Source: Toensbergia leucococca (lineage: Eukaryota). Taken from it: 63,801 bases of DNA. Positions 12,432 to 24,654 of the stretch are shown in pieces. Position numbers and translations under genes: made by a program. How positions within the stretch are numbered: the stretch's first letter is position 1; each line of letters opens with the position of its first letter. The stretch spans positions 1 to 63,801 of the forward strand of contig JALDZS010000141.1 in the NCBI GenBank assembly GCA_022813965.1, in the 5' to 3' direction. Below the pieces are notes generated by a model. The model did not search any database, had not been told where the DNA came from, and saw nothing but the letters and a program-made list of their open reading frames with translations.

Positions 12432-15400
12432 CTAGTCTGAATCTGTCAGTATGTCATTAATATTATGATACAAAAGCAGTGACATTTAAATAAAAAACTC
12501 TCACATAAGTTTATCAGATTATTTAAAATAGTAAAATGATTCAGAAAACAGACTTATCTGTTGATATTGATTAAGTTATATTGAATTCATAATGTTTTTC
12601 ATGTTTTTTACCTTAAACTGTACAATAAATATAAGAAAGATATTAACATCTTAGATTTATCTTTATTAGAGCTTATAAATAATGAGCTGAAGTATAAGAT
12701 TGAAGATATTCTAAATAAAAGAACTGTAAAGAGAGTACTCTTATATAAGATAAAATAAATTAAATATTCTGAGACATATAATCAATGAGTTTTAATAAAG
12801 AATATAAAAGGTGTGAATAAGATAAGAAAGACTTTTAATAAGAAGAAATTAGTAAAACACTGCAGAAAGAAGAAACTTAAAAAATAATAATACTGATAAT
12901 AGACACTCTTTTTCTGCTTTTTCTTACAAAGGGTTTTTAAAGATTTTTATTGAGGCTATCACAGAGAAATTATGAATAAGTAACAACTTCAATTCTTAGA
13001 ACTGAGTTCTCTGTTAAAGTATTATTAAATTACTATTTAAACATCATCTTTTTCTCTTATATGTTGACAGTTAGATTTGCTTTCACCTTGATTTAATAGA
13101 CTTGAAAGTTATCTCTTTTGTGTTAGTAATCTTTGCTGTTTTTATACATTTTCAGAGTAAAAGCTTCTTAATGACAGACTTCTCAGAAATAAGTGATACT
13201 TTGCACTTTTAAGAAGTTCTTACTGTTATTTTTATCTCTGAAGCCTTTGTCTTTAATGTCAGCTTCAAGAATTTAGTGGTCTTAAGTGCTGTGATCTTGT
13301 TAACTTTTATTACTGAATTACTGATTTCTCACTTCTAAATCATTACTGTAATAATTATCTTATAATTTCTCTAAGAGATTAAAGATATATTCTTATGAGC
13401 CTTCTTACTATGACTATTACTTAAAGAAGACCTTTTATCTTCTTTATTATCTAAACTCTTCTTAGTAATAAATAACAAGTTTTACTTCTTTAAATTATTA
13501 TCACTGTTATGTTATCTTTTGTAAGTGCTGCAGACAGTAAGATAACAGACTAAACATTTCAGAGCTGCATAGTGAGTAATGTTAATGTTTAGAACTCTCA
13601 TTATTACATTGAGATATATTATTAAATTAAAAGAATGAGTATCTTTAACAATTTATGTCAAAGATTATAAAGTTTCTGCAGTTAGATTGTTAAATACTGC
13701 ATTAATCAAGACTGATAGATTGAGTTGTGATATATCATGTTAACATTATTTAAGCATTAACATAAATATAAACCTATGTTTTATCTTATAGTGTCTAACA
13801 ATTGCTTCTGAATCTCTCTTTCTCTTCTTATTTCAGTCAGAGTTAACAAACTTATCTCTGTCTGACTGATAAGTCTTTAATAATCTCTAAACCTTACTTA
13901 ATTAATAAGATACACTTGCACAATATGTGTAAATTAATAAATCTTATTCAGCAAATTCTGTCTGAGCTTATACTTCTCTATGAATTCTGCAATTGCTGTC
14001 ATATATCTTTAGTGCATGTGAATTAAATTATTTGTATCTGAAATAAAGACAGATAATATTTATCACTTAGTTAAAGAAGAGATAGTGTTTTTAAGGTGTT
14101 ATACTTACCTTCTTACAAAACTTATGATCTACTGTGTAATAATCACATCTTATATACTCAATCTTATCACAGAGTTAAGTAATTGCATTAAGTGATTTTA
14201 CACAATGCAAACAGAGAGATTTTAATAACTGCTTAACAGAGTTAACAGATCTAACTGCAATAGACTCTTAATGAGTCTAAGAAACACATTAATAAAGCTT
14301 AAAAGCACTGAGAATATGAAGCATAAGCACTTATCTGATTATTAAGACTTTGTAATACACTTCTTAATTTAACTACTTAATCATAATAAATTAGATCTCT
14401 ATTCAATTTATTTACTCTTATTGTATTTAATGCTCTTAATTCATTTAAAATCTGTCTTAAATGTGTATCACTCAGCTTATCTGATAAGAAACACTCACTA
14501 AGAGTAAAAAGAATTTGCATCTTAGACAGAGCTAAGATAATAATATGATGAACTTTAAGTAATGATGATGCAGAAACATAATGTTTCTGAAAAACATAAC
14601 TAATTCTTTCTTGATGTATCTTAAAATTCTTAAAGTCAAAAGTCTGACTAATCTCTTTTGCATGTCTTTTTATCTTATTCTGTAATAATAAAAATTTATT
14701 TTTCTTCTTTAGAAATTTAAAAGAATTATTACGTTTATTTTCAATTGAGTTACACATGAGAGATAAATAAATATAAGAATAAGAGATAAGTTCTGACATA
14801 TTAATATGATCAGATGCATAGAAATTGCTCATTAATTAATATGCATGTTAAAGACTGCTTTTATTAAATTTCTGATTACAAGCATATTAGATTTAATTCT
14901 TAGCATCACTTATAACCTTACTTAATGATTGTATAATGTGCTTAGTTAGTGAAGATAAGATAATAATGTAGTAGAATAAATAAGAAGGTTATAAACTGTA
15001 AGAAGGCTGCGCAATGAACTTTAATGAAGTAATTGAGTTTGTTCTCAAAGAAACTTTCTGTTTACTTACAAAGAATAAAGATAAAAGCTTTATTGATGTA
15101 TCTGATAATAAGAGATCTGATGAGATGCTTATTGTTATTATAAATGTTAGTAATGAATAAACTTAATAATGTGTGCAGAGATAATGTATCTTTAGTATTG
15201 TGAATGTGATTAAGAAAAGAAAAGAAAACAATTTAAAAACATTATTTTATCTTAAACTGTTTACTGTTTACTGTTTACATTAACAATAATCTAATCTCAT
15301 TGTTAAGATACATAACAATAATATAACACATTTATCATAATATTGTCACTGAGATTATTCTTAATTTATCTCTGACACTAGTGAATTATTGATGCAATCT

Positions 15401-16256
15401 TAGAAATAAGTGTGTAATAAGAATATAATAATTATTATTTATCTTCACTGTGATTAGTTAATCTTCTCTGTGAATAAATCTAATCTTTATAGACTATAGT
15501 GTCTTGACTGATAATTACTGAAAAAGTCTTACTAAAAAAATTAATGAGTTTATCAGTTTAAGAAGTATGTTATTTCTGACTTAAAGAATTATGACTATCT
15601 GTAATCAAAGATTAACTGAAAAACACTCAGATAGCTCTCAGCATGCTAAATTAGACCTTTAATTACTTGTAGCTAATAAGCTTCTATATACTAAATCAGA
15701 TCACTCAGTTGTGACTAATAAGCTTTTGCTTTTAATTACTTATTTGAAGATCTTATAAAGATACTGTATTTACATTGAGATTCTATCTTCTTTTTAATTA
15801 TATTCTTTTCTTACTCACTAAAGAATCAGTGCATAGAAGAAAAGATAATGTCTTAAATATATTATTATATTGATTTATATATGTATCACTTATATAATGA
15901 CATTATTGAATCACATTTACTCAGACATTAACAGCTCAGTTACATCATGTTATAAGAATGTTACGCATAGAATAAATAGTGACTTCATGATAATATAATG
16001 TAAATATAAGAGTAAGACACAGAGAGTCTAACAGTACTTATATGACTTTTGCATGCTTATCTTAACCTCATTTTCTATGCATCTATTCTTTTAAATAAAT
16101 AGAGACTATAGCTTTATAATAAAGCTGACTTCTTAACTTTTAGTTTAAATACTATATTTACTATACAGTTATTAGTTATTTCTTTTATATTTGTATTTAC
16201 ATTGTTTAGAATCTCTGACTTAACCCCTTATTTAATATAATGTCTAAGTCATTACA
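12432..16256 (+). mobile_element. Gypsy family A, plus-strand 3' half (IN C-terminus, chromodomain, long 3' region, PPT, 3' LTR 15849-16256)
   Basis: KKLSHKFIRLFKIV...IHNVFHV and YKIEDILNKR...YKIKxIKY...NQxV at 12490-12840; purine tract AGAAGAAAAGATAA before TGTCTT...ATTACA. Confidence 0.8.
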
Positions 16257-16608
16257 TTAACACTTTCTCTTCAATAGAAGTAAGTTACTATTTATTCTTC
16301 TAACTATTATGTTGAGAATAAATTGTCTCATTGATTTATCATTGTAAGGTAAATAAAATTAGATCATACATCTTAGTTAGTAGTGTAACAGAGATCTTTT
16401 TAAAGCCTGCAATAATTTTATAATACTTATTAATAGCAAGATTTAGTCATATCTCTTTAAATATCTCTTTTTTAGCCTTTAAGACCTTTAAGGCCTTTGA
16501 AGGCATAATGATTCAATGATGTTGATAAAAAGGAAGGATGAGAGAATATTTTTTTTACTGTTCCTGATTGAGTTAGCGTGCCGCAAAGGTAAGGTTGCCG
16601 CATAGGTA
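16257..16608 (-). mobile_element. pogo/Fot1-type DNA transposon 5' end, interrupted by Gypsy A
   Basis: TA followed by CCTATGCGGCAACCTTACCTTTGCGGCAC (internal TGCGGCA repeat); ATG at 16506; HTH-like LLTKMYDLILFTLQxxINET...KxxLTSIEEKVL. Coincides with the edge of the RIP block. Confidence 0.65.
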
Positions 16609-17143
16609 TTCTAGGTTACCACAAGTAGCACTTTTCCTTGTGGCAATATAAATAGCTTTTGGCAGCCCCACTCGCACCGGCCAAAGAAACATTGGGATAG
16701 GTACAACAAGGAACTCGAAAGTGGGCTAGTTATGCCAGACGTTCTGAAATCTATCAGGCCCCAAGTTATGACCACATTGCGATTCATTCACTCAATGGAC
16801 ATTAGTCAAAGAGCAACATCACACTTTCAATCATTCCGGTGTCAATTTATGAGGCTCTGAGGAAGATGGGTAGATTCTTTCCTCAATTGTATGGATATTC
16901 AGCTTGGTGCACATAAAGAAGTAGCAGACAGCTTTTCGTAGATGAACCTGCCCCGATTGGCAAACGAATTCAAATTGCGAAGCCCTGAGGCCCGCTGTCG
17001 CTTATTTTAGTCCCTTCGGGTATTCTAAGCATTCTCATTTAAGCTAGGCGCGAGGGCGCGTAGCGAACTTGTGAAGTCTGAGAAGTGAGCTTCAATATCA
17101 CAAGGCTCGCCATCATCACCTCAAGCTTCGAGCATACGTGATC

Positions 17144-19100
17144 ATGAGGTCTCGCTCAGCTCGAACGCTTGCGCGCTTGTCATCTCAAATCAGTTTCAAT
17201 GCTCCTGTCCGTCCTCCGAGACACTCAAGGGCTCTAGCAACTGTCGCCGAATCAACACAAAAGGTAGGCTCTGAACTCCGCAAAGTAGCAATCTGCTATA
17301 CTTTATGTACTTCTATGCTAAGGCCCTACGCTTTGTACTAATACAACTGAGCTGGTGTTTCATGAGCCTTTCGCTGACTGTCTACCAGGATCCCACAGAG
17401 CTCGACCAGATCACAACTCTCCCAAATGGCGTACGCGTGGCAACTGAAGCCCTTCCCGGACACTTTTCAGGTATTGGCGTGTACGTCGATGCAGGATCTC
17501 GTTATGAGAACGAAGAGTTACGTGGTGTCTCTCATATTGTAGATCGCTTGGCTTTCAAGGTGCGTACATTATTCAATCCTCCAAGGTCTCCAATGCTAAC
17601 AGTAGAATATAGTCTACTACTTCGCGGACGGCAGACGAAATGTTCGAATCTCTAGAGACTCTGGGTGGTAATATACAATGCGCTTCGTCAAGAGAATCAC
17701 TCATGTACCAGTCTGCAAGTTTCAACTCATCCGTCCCTACGACTTTGGGGCTTCTTGCCGAGACGATTCGAAATCCCATGATCGCCGAGCAAGAGGTCCA
17801 GCAACAACTAGAGACAGCCGAGTATGAGATTGGGGAGATTTGGTCCAAGCCGGAATTGATATTGCCCGAATTGGTTCATATGGCTGCGTACAAAGACAAC
17901 ACCTTGGGGAATCCTCTGCTTTGTCCCGAGGAGCGCCTGCGGTATATCGACAAAAGCGTCGTTGAGAAGTACCGTAGTACGTTCTTCAGACCCGAGAGAA
18001 TGGTTGTGGCATTTGCCGGTGTTGGTCACGAAGATGCCCTGAAGCTTACTGAGCAATACTTTGGGGACATGCAAAGCAAGCGAGGACCAGTCTTATCAGG
18101 CACCGGGCTTGAAAATTCATTCACGAATCGTTCAGCCGGTAGCCAAGATTCGATATCGTCGATGTCATCACCTTCTTCCTCTTCTTTATCATCATATGCA
18201 TCACCAGCAACCACCCCGTCGTCATCACCCACTCAATCTTCGAAATTGCTGTCTAAGATACCCTTTTTCAAAAATATCTCCACCTCTGCCCCAGCACATG
18301 CTGCAGTGTCCTCATTAGATGAAGTTTCTCCATTGTCTTTGCCTATCAGCCTCGACACTCCCTCTTACTACACTGGTGGATTCCTTTCCCTACCGCCAAT
18401 CCCACCGCCGGCAAATATCGCTCTACCACGTCTCTCGCATATCCATATCGCGTTCGAAGCTCTCCCTATCTCTTCTGAAGATATTTACGCTCTGGCGACT
18501 CTTCAAACCCTTCTCGGTGGTGGTGGCTCGTTCAGTGCTGGTGGGCCTGGTAAGGGCATGTATTCACGACTCTATACCAATGTTCTGAACCAGTATGGTT
18601 GGGTCGAGTCCTGTGTTGCGTTCAATCACTCTTATACAGACTCTGGCCTCTTCGGTATCAGCGGGAGTTGCAGCCCGAAGCAAGTGTCGCAGATGCTAGA
18701 AGTTATGTGCCGTGAGCTACAAGCTCTGACACTCGATACAGGCTTCTCAGCACTGCAACCTGTTGAGGTCAACCGCGCAAAGAATCAGCTTCGAAGCTCG
18801 TTACTTATGAATTTGGAAAGCCGAATGGTAGAGCTGGAGGATCTGGGCAGACAGGTGCAGGTTCATGGGAGGAAAGTCGGGGTGAAGGAGATGTGCAGGA
18901 AAATTGATGCTTTGACCGTGACGGATTTGAGGAGAGTGGCGAGGCTAATTGTTGGAGGCTTGGTGAGAAATGTGGGAAACGGAAGTGGGGCGCCGACGGT
19001 GGTACTACAGGAGGGGGAGGAAGAGGGAGTGACGAGGAGAAATTATGGGTGGGAGGAGATTCAGGAGAGGATCAGGAAATGGCAGCTTGGAAGGAGGTAG
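17144..19100 (+). CDS. MAS2: Mitochondrial processing peptidase alpha subunit
   Basis: Exons 17144-17263, 17389-17559, 17613-19100; M16 motifs [12 protein letters not shown] and the Gly-rich loop [20 protein letters not shown]; Arg-rich presequence. Confidence 0.97.
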
Positions 19101-19408
19101 TGTTCCAGGCGTATGTACTTGTAGATTCAACTCCACCTAAATACCAATTGAACAATCTTGAATTTTCATCCTCTCAGGGTCAAGGGTTGACCAGTGCAAA
19201 GTGCGTATCCCTTATCCGTACGCTGTTTTAAGGTTTGAAAATCTTCCGAACTCGACACCGTCGAGTAACATAAACATTCTTAAAGCTCCCAGTATCATCA
19301 TCGACAAAGCTTGCACTCTGATTCTGTCACTCATTACTCCCAACTCATATTCTTGCTCATCCCTCATCTAGCTGACCCACCCGTCCATATTCCCGACCCG
19401 GAGCAACA

Positions 19409-20030
19409 ATGGTCCAACTCGAAGAAGTCGAAGACACAGAGCTTGACCAGCCCCAACCAGGTCCCACCTCCTTCGATGAAGACGACGACGCCGATTTCAC
19501 CGACACCGGTATCCTCCCCCCAAAACCCCGCCCTTTCCCCACCCCCTCCCAAAAATCTAGCTAACCACTCCACCCACCAAACAAACAGACTCCTCCCTAA
19601 GCACGACCTCCCTCCCCTCCTCCCCCCCCGCCGAAACATCCCTAGAGCGCCTCCTCGCCCTGCGCGACATGCTCCCACCCTCGACGCGCCGCCGCATCAG
19701 CAGCGCCTCGTCCGCGCTGACGGGCTACGTCAAGACGGGACTGGGGTGGGGGGGCAAGACGGCGTGGGTGGTGAGCGCGAGTGCGTTCATGTTGGGGGTG
19801 CCGTGGTTGATGGCGTATGTGGAGGAGCAGCAGATTGTGGAGATGGAGCGGGAGCAGAGGGCTAGGGAGGTGGGGGCTGAGGTTTGTTTTTCGCTTTTTT
19901 CTTGTTTCTTTTTTGTTGGGGGGACTGGGTTGGGTTGGGTGATTGCTGATTCTCTCTTCTTTTTTGAGGGGGATAGGTTATTACGCCTGGGGCTACGAGT
20001 TTGGGGCAGCAGGGAAAGGCGGCGTTGTAG
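19409..20030 (+). CDS. TOM22: Mitochondrial import receptor Tom22
   Basis: MVQLEEVED acidic N-terminus, ERLLALRDMLPP, AWVVSASAFMLGVP transmembrane segment, EEQQIVEMERE; two introns (~19509-19588, 19882-19976). Confidence 0.93.
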
Positions 20031-20793
20031 GTTGGGGATGTGTTGTTGGCGATGGTGAAAATGGGCTGGGAGATGTGGGGAGTGGGTCCTGGAAGAGAGA
20101 GAGGGCATGATTCTGGGAGTGAGTCTATTTGCGTGGAGTGTAACCATATGTCTCTTCTCTTCTTTGTTTTCTTTCGGGCTGGGCTGTATTTGTCTGATGC
20201 TTGTCTTTGGGCGAGTATTAGCAGTCAATGGAGCCGTATACTCGCAACAGGTGGTTATATATACTACAGAAACAAACACCCGTTGGATTGTGTTGCGAGA
20301 AGAGTACAAAGACTGTATCGTTGCAGGTATTCGTGTAACGGATTAGAGTATCAACATCATCACTTTAAGGGAACTTTTATATAACAATTATGGACAATCA
20401 CCATTAGTGTTCCATGTTTTGTCAGTCTTGCTCTGTATTGTAAGAAACTGCCTGATAGCTGTTAAAGGTGGTCAAGGAGCGGGATTAAACATGCGTCCTG
20501 TTTCCAACGAGCGCCCTTGGAGTATCACTATCTACTACGAGTCTCCTGTGGACATGAGTGCATTGTATGCACGAGCTTTAGAAAGCCGCAATAACCTCTA
20601 TATTTTGTCAAGAATCCATGTCTATCCAAGCTCTCGAGTTTACCCAGGCTTCCATGCTTTGTCCAAGCCTCTGTAGTACATTCTCAATGCTTCAGTCTTA
20701 CAACTTTGCATCGAGGTACATGCACGACTTATCGATTCTCGAATCTCTCAGGCTGGTGGAGAAGTTCAGTTCATATTCACTTGGCTTGGGCTT

Positions 20794-23660
20794 TTACTCT
20801 CGACTAACCTTTCCATCTCTCGCAGTCGCAAGAAGATTCTTAAAATCTCTATGCAGTGCCTTAATCTCGCCCATTTCTTCCATGCTGTCTACTACTCTAT
20901 CGGCATACTCGCCTCTTTTCTTGACACTCCACTTTTCGCGCTCAACAATTTTCTCGGCTGTGATATGGCCTTCTTCTTTTAGCCAGTCAAGAATCCATTG
21001 ATTCAGATGATAACGCCAGTGGAGCAACGCATGGGCTTTCTCTGCGTTCGATTGGCAAAATCTGATTTTGTTATGTCAGCCATTATTTCCTGGTAAAAAA
21101 AATGTTGATTTACCGGCCGACGAAGTATTGTACTTCAGTACTTGGTAGAGAATTTCCCTGACTATCATGACTGTTTGCATCGTCGTCCTCGTCTTCATCT
21201 TCTTCATCTTCTTCATCATCCGAAACGATCTCGAGTGATTCACGATGATACGCTTTGCCCTGTAAGATAATTCGAAATTTTGCAGGATGACCAGACCTGT
21301 TGCAAGCATCGCACTTGTGATCGAACATCGTTGGTACAGCTTCATATTGGAATTCAGGCCGCGCCTTGAGAGCTTTCAGAAAGCGAGCGTTCCATGCAGC
21401 TGACAAAAACTTTGAGACGGAGTATCCATGGACCTCGTCATCGAGCTTGTGGAAAGCCATTCGGTAGACTGGATCATCCCTGGCAAAAGCTGGATTTAAC
21501 TTATTGTGTGTCATCCACTCCACAGCATCTTTGAAATATACGATAGGCTTCCTATGGGCGTGCCTGGTGAACTCCAATGGAATTTCCTCAAGTCCATGAG
21601 GAGCGCCCAGAGTATCATCATCATCGTCTACGAAATCTTCATCATATTCGTCAAAATTTCCGCGTAGAGACTGACGCACAGCCTCTGTTCCCGAATCTTC
21701 AGTAGCCTCGCTGACGTCGTCTTTGACATCTAGGCAATCTTCGCTCTCAGAATCGTTGTCATTGATTGCGGGTGTATCAGTCTCAGTGTTGGATGATAGC
21801 TCAATGGTGTTGTCGCCAGCTCGTCGGCGCTTGAGCAAGTCGAGTTGCTTCTGCCTTGCGCTCTTCTTGGAGGAAACTATTCTTGCTCTGGTTCGAGTCT
21901 TACGAACCTCTGTACGTTACAGTATTAGTGTGTTATATACAAGATATTTCTGTACTCTTTCAAGAAAGTCATGTGTCAGGTAATAAAATTATGACCCGAC
22001 AGAAGATTGAATCATCGAACATTAAGATACTAGAGGCGTAATAGGGGTAGGTTAGGGAATTAAATTACCGTGCAAAAATGAGTGATGTATCAACTAATGT
22101 GCTTGGAGTAGTATTTCGTCCCGTAATAATACGGAAACAGTGTGTTTTCTGTGGGACTTGCCTGTTGCTTCTAAATCATCCAAATCCTCCTGAATGTCTT
22201 CTATAGCCTGCACTTGAGACTCCTTCGGCGATGCTGATGGTAAGTGTTCAACTTTTCTCACGATGCGCTTTCTGCGGACGGGCGAAACTACCACATCTTC
22301 ACTGTCATCGCTCTCGGTAGAAGTCATTATGGGAAGAGCCATTGAGATATCCGCCGGCTTGCTTGTTTCTGACTGCTGGCTCACTTCATCGTTGGCCTCC
22401 TCAATTGGGGTACTTGACGTATCGTTCGAAACAGGGACTATGGGAAGAGGCTTTGTCAGACTCTCTTCAGTCTCTGTCGCACTACTGTCGTCCTCATCTT
22501 CATTCACACCCTCAACTGGTTTCTGATGGCCATTCGCCCTTGTCGTTGATCTAGTTGAGCGAATGTGTGACAATGTATCGGAAACGATAGGTACAAAACT
22601 TCTTGTCTGACGCCGTATTGCTCTCGAGCTACCTTTCTCTGTTGGGGTGACTGTTTTCAATTTGCGTAAGCTCGGTACTGGAGCATAACCAGAACTTCCA
22701 CCAAGTAAGAAAAGGCGTGCATTGACACGAGGAAAAGAGGTGGGCCTACTATGACGTGGAGTATCGGAACTCCCATTCCCTAGTTCTGGGTTCCTGGTAG
22801 TTCTCCTCGGGGATCTGTGCTTTGGTAAAGCATCAACAGACGATTCATCGCTATCAAGAACAACAGTGGCGGTATAGCTTTTGCGTCTTCGTGTAAGCGT
22901 TGTCGGTATTGCGTCGTCTTCACTTCTCACATCGAGGGTGCCATCACTCCTCTCAGCGTGTTTACTTGCCACAACTTTGGAGGCCTTCCTCTTTGGAGTA
23001 GATGGAAAATCTCCACCTACCGGCACCCAACTAAGGTCCATCTCAGCGGGTTTCGACCGTTTTTTGTGATGTAAAGGTCTGCCTTCCCTCGACAATATGA
23101 GCTTCGGCGGAAATGATCGATTCGAAGTAGGAGTCGTGAGTGCTCTGTTGCCTTTGGTTACGACTCTCTCGCGATTGGAAAAGATATTGGAAGCCGTTCG
23201 GGATTCACTCTCAGTCGAGATACTTGAGTCTGAGCTCGAAAGGACCACCTCGAGATCTAGCATGGGTGGTGTTGTGTCAACATAGAACATTAGAGGTTGA
23301 GGAAAGCTTACCTTGCGGGGTGTCCCTGGATCCTGTTTGGGACGAAGCCAGGGGCGTAAGGAGAGCGGTCTCATGGTGAGGAGCTAGTATTTTTCGCTGC
23401 AAGTTCTTACTCGGTGACTGAATGACTACGGCAATGTTTGACTGTCTCAATGGCGTCTTTACGTTTTCAGGTTTGCTGGGACTAGCCATGATTTCATTAT
23501 TCAGATGGGTGGCAAGACGTTGTTTCTTCAAAGGACTTGAGCCATCATCGTAGCGAATAGTAGCAACGCGGTCTGATATTCCATCAGGATGAGTGGATGC
23601 GGCAGGTGAGGAAGAGGGTAAGGGTGTAAGGGCAAGGCGAGTCTGCCTTTTGCGAGGCAT
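20794..23660 (-). CDS. DUF4211/CCDC82-like protein with a long disordered N-terminus
   Basis: MPRKRQTRL start; C-terminal IPLEFTR...FKDAVEWM...KCDACNRSGHPA...YFVGRFC...HALLHWRYHLN; three introns, one with a GC donor (21910-22161). Confidence 0.8.
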
Positions 23661-24654
23661 GATAAAGAGCTTGTCAGTGCATGTGAGGTGGTTTGTATCC
23701 GTCCAACGGCCAAGAATCAATATGTGGTATAGCTGAAATCTAATGCAAGGCAATACCAGGAGGCAAAATGAAAATCCTGACTAGAAAAAGGACATGAGGT
23801 TGAATTTAGAAAAGTCCAAGTGACAGGTGGGCCGAGTGACGCGATGCAGAAGCTCTTCTACGCGACTCGGACTGGTACTGTATTCTAATTTAAGAGATTG
23901 TGCATGTATTGAAAAGTCGCGACCCGCATCTCGATTCGTCTTATCGTCGCGCCCATGTGACGCGCATTTTCAACATGCCGCTACGAGCACAGCGCCGACT
24001 TTGAATAGCATGTCGGTCCAATCAGTCGAACATTGCCATCGGCCAAGCTGCAGCTTATCAGTCTCGTCATAGCGCCCAGCGCAAAAGCAATGATGAAAGG
24101 TGTGGGTAGGAGGTAGGTAGTCATGTATGATGTATGCCGTATGATGTATGAAGTAGACTAGAATACGGAGTTGCGAGTTGTGTCAATCATAGCAAACGCG
24201 TCTTGATCGGGCATCTTGCTCGCCTATGAAAAGCCCACATAGAATACTTCTAGCTGATGCAAAGGCCCACGCTGCCTCGATAGAATTGACTTTGTTTCAA
24301 GACAACAATCAGGACTCCATCAAGCTGATGAGAAAGGTAGCAGGTTCCGTAGAATAGTCTACCTCATGCCCCTCGCCCCTCAAAGTGTCCCAAGTGCATG
24401 TTTGCGTGGATACGTCATTCATCTCGCTGCCCTGCGGTTAAGAAGCCCCTAATTTCCAAGTCGCCAGAAAACCGGGAACTCTTCTGCTCACAATAATTTT
24501 ACTGACACGCACCCTTTCTCTTCTACTCATAATACCCCTTGGCACACATAATCCATCTCTTTGCTCAGCATCTGTCCTCCGACATACCTAATAGCATTCG
24601 ATACCCCGACTCTTTGGTCGCAGCTTTGCTTCACCTTTACTTTTTCCGCCCAAC

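Noticed and set aside
12023..16256. DNA transposon with 409-bp TIRs
   Set aside because: The repeats have TG...CA LTR ends and a PPT precedes the right copy. The interior is Gypsy integrase/chromodomain and there is no shared TSD.
19311..20384. Overlapping ORFs of 104-194 aa around TOM22
   Set aside because: Off-frame or antisense shadows caused by C- and G-rich skew; the spliced TOM22 explains the region.
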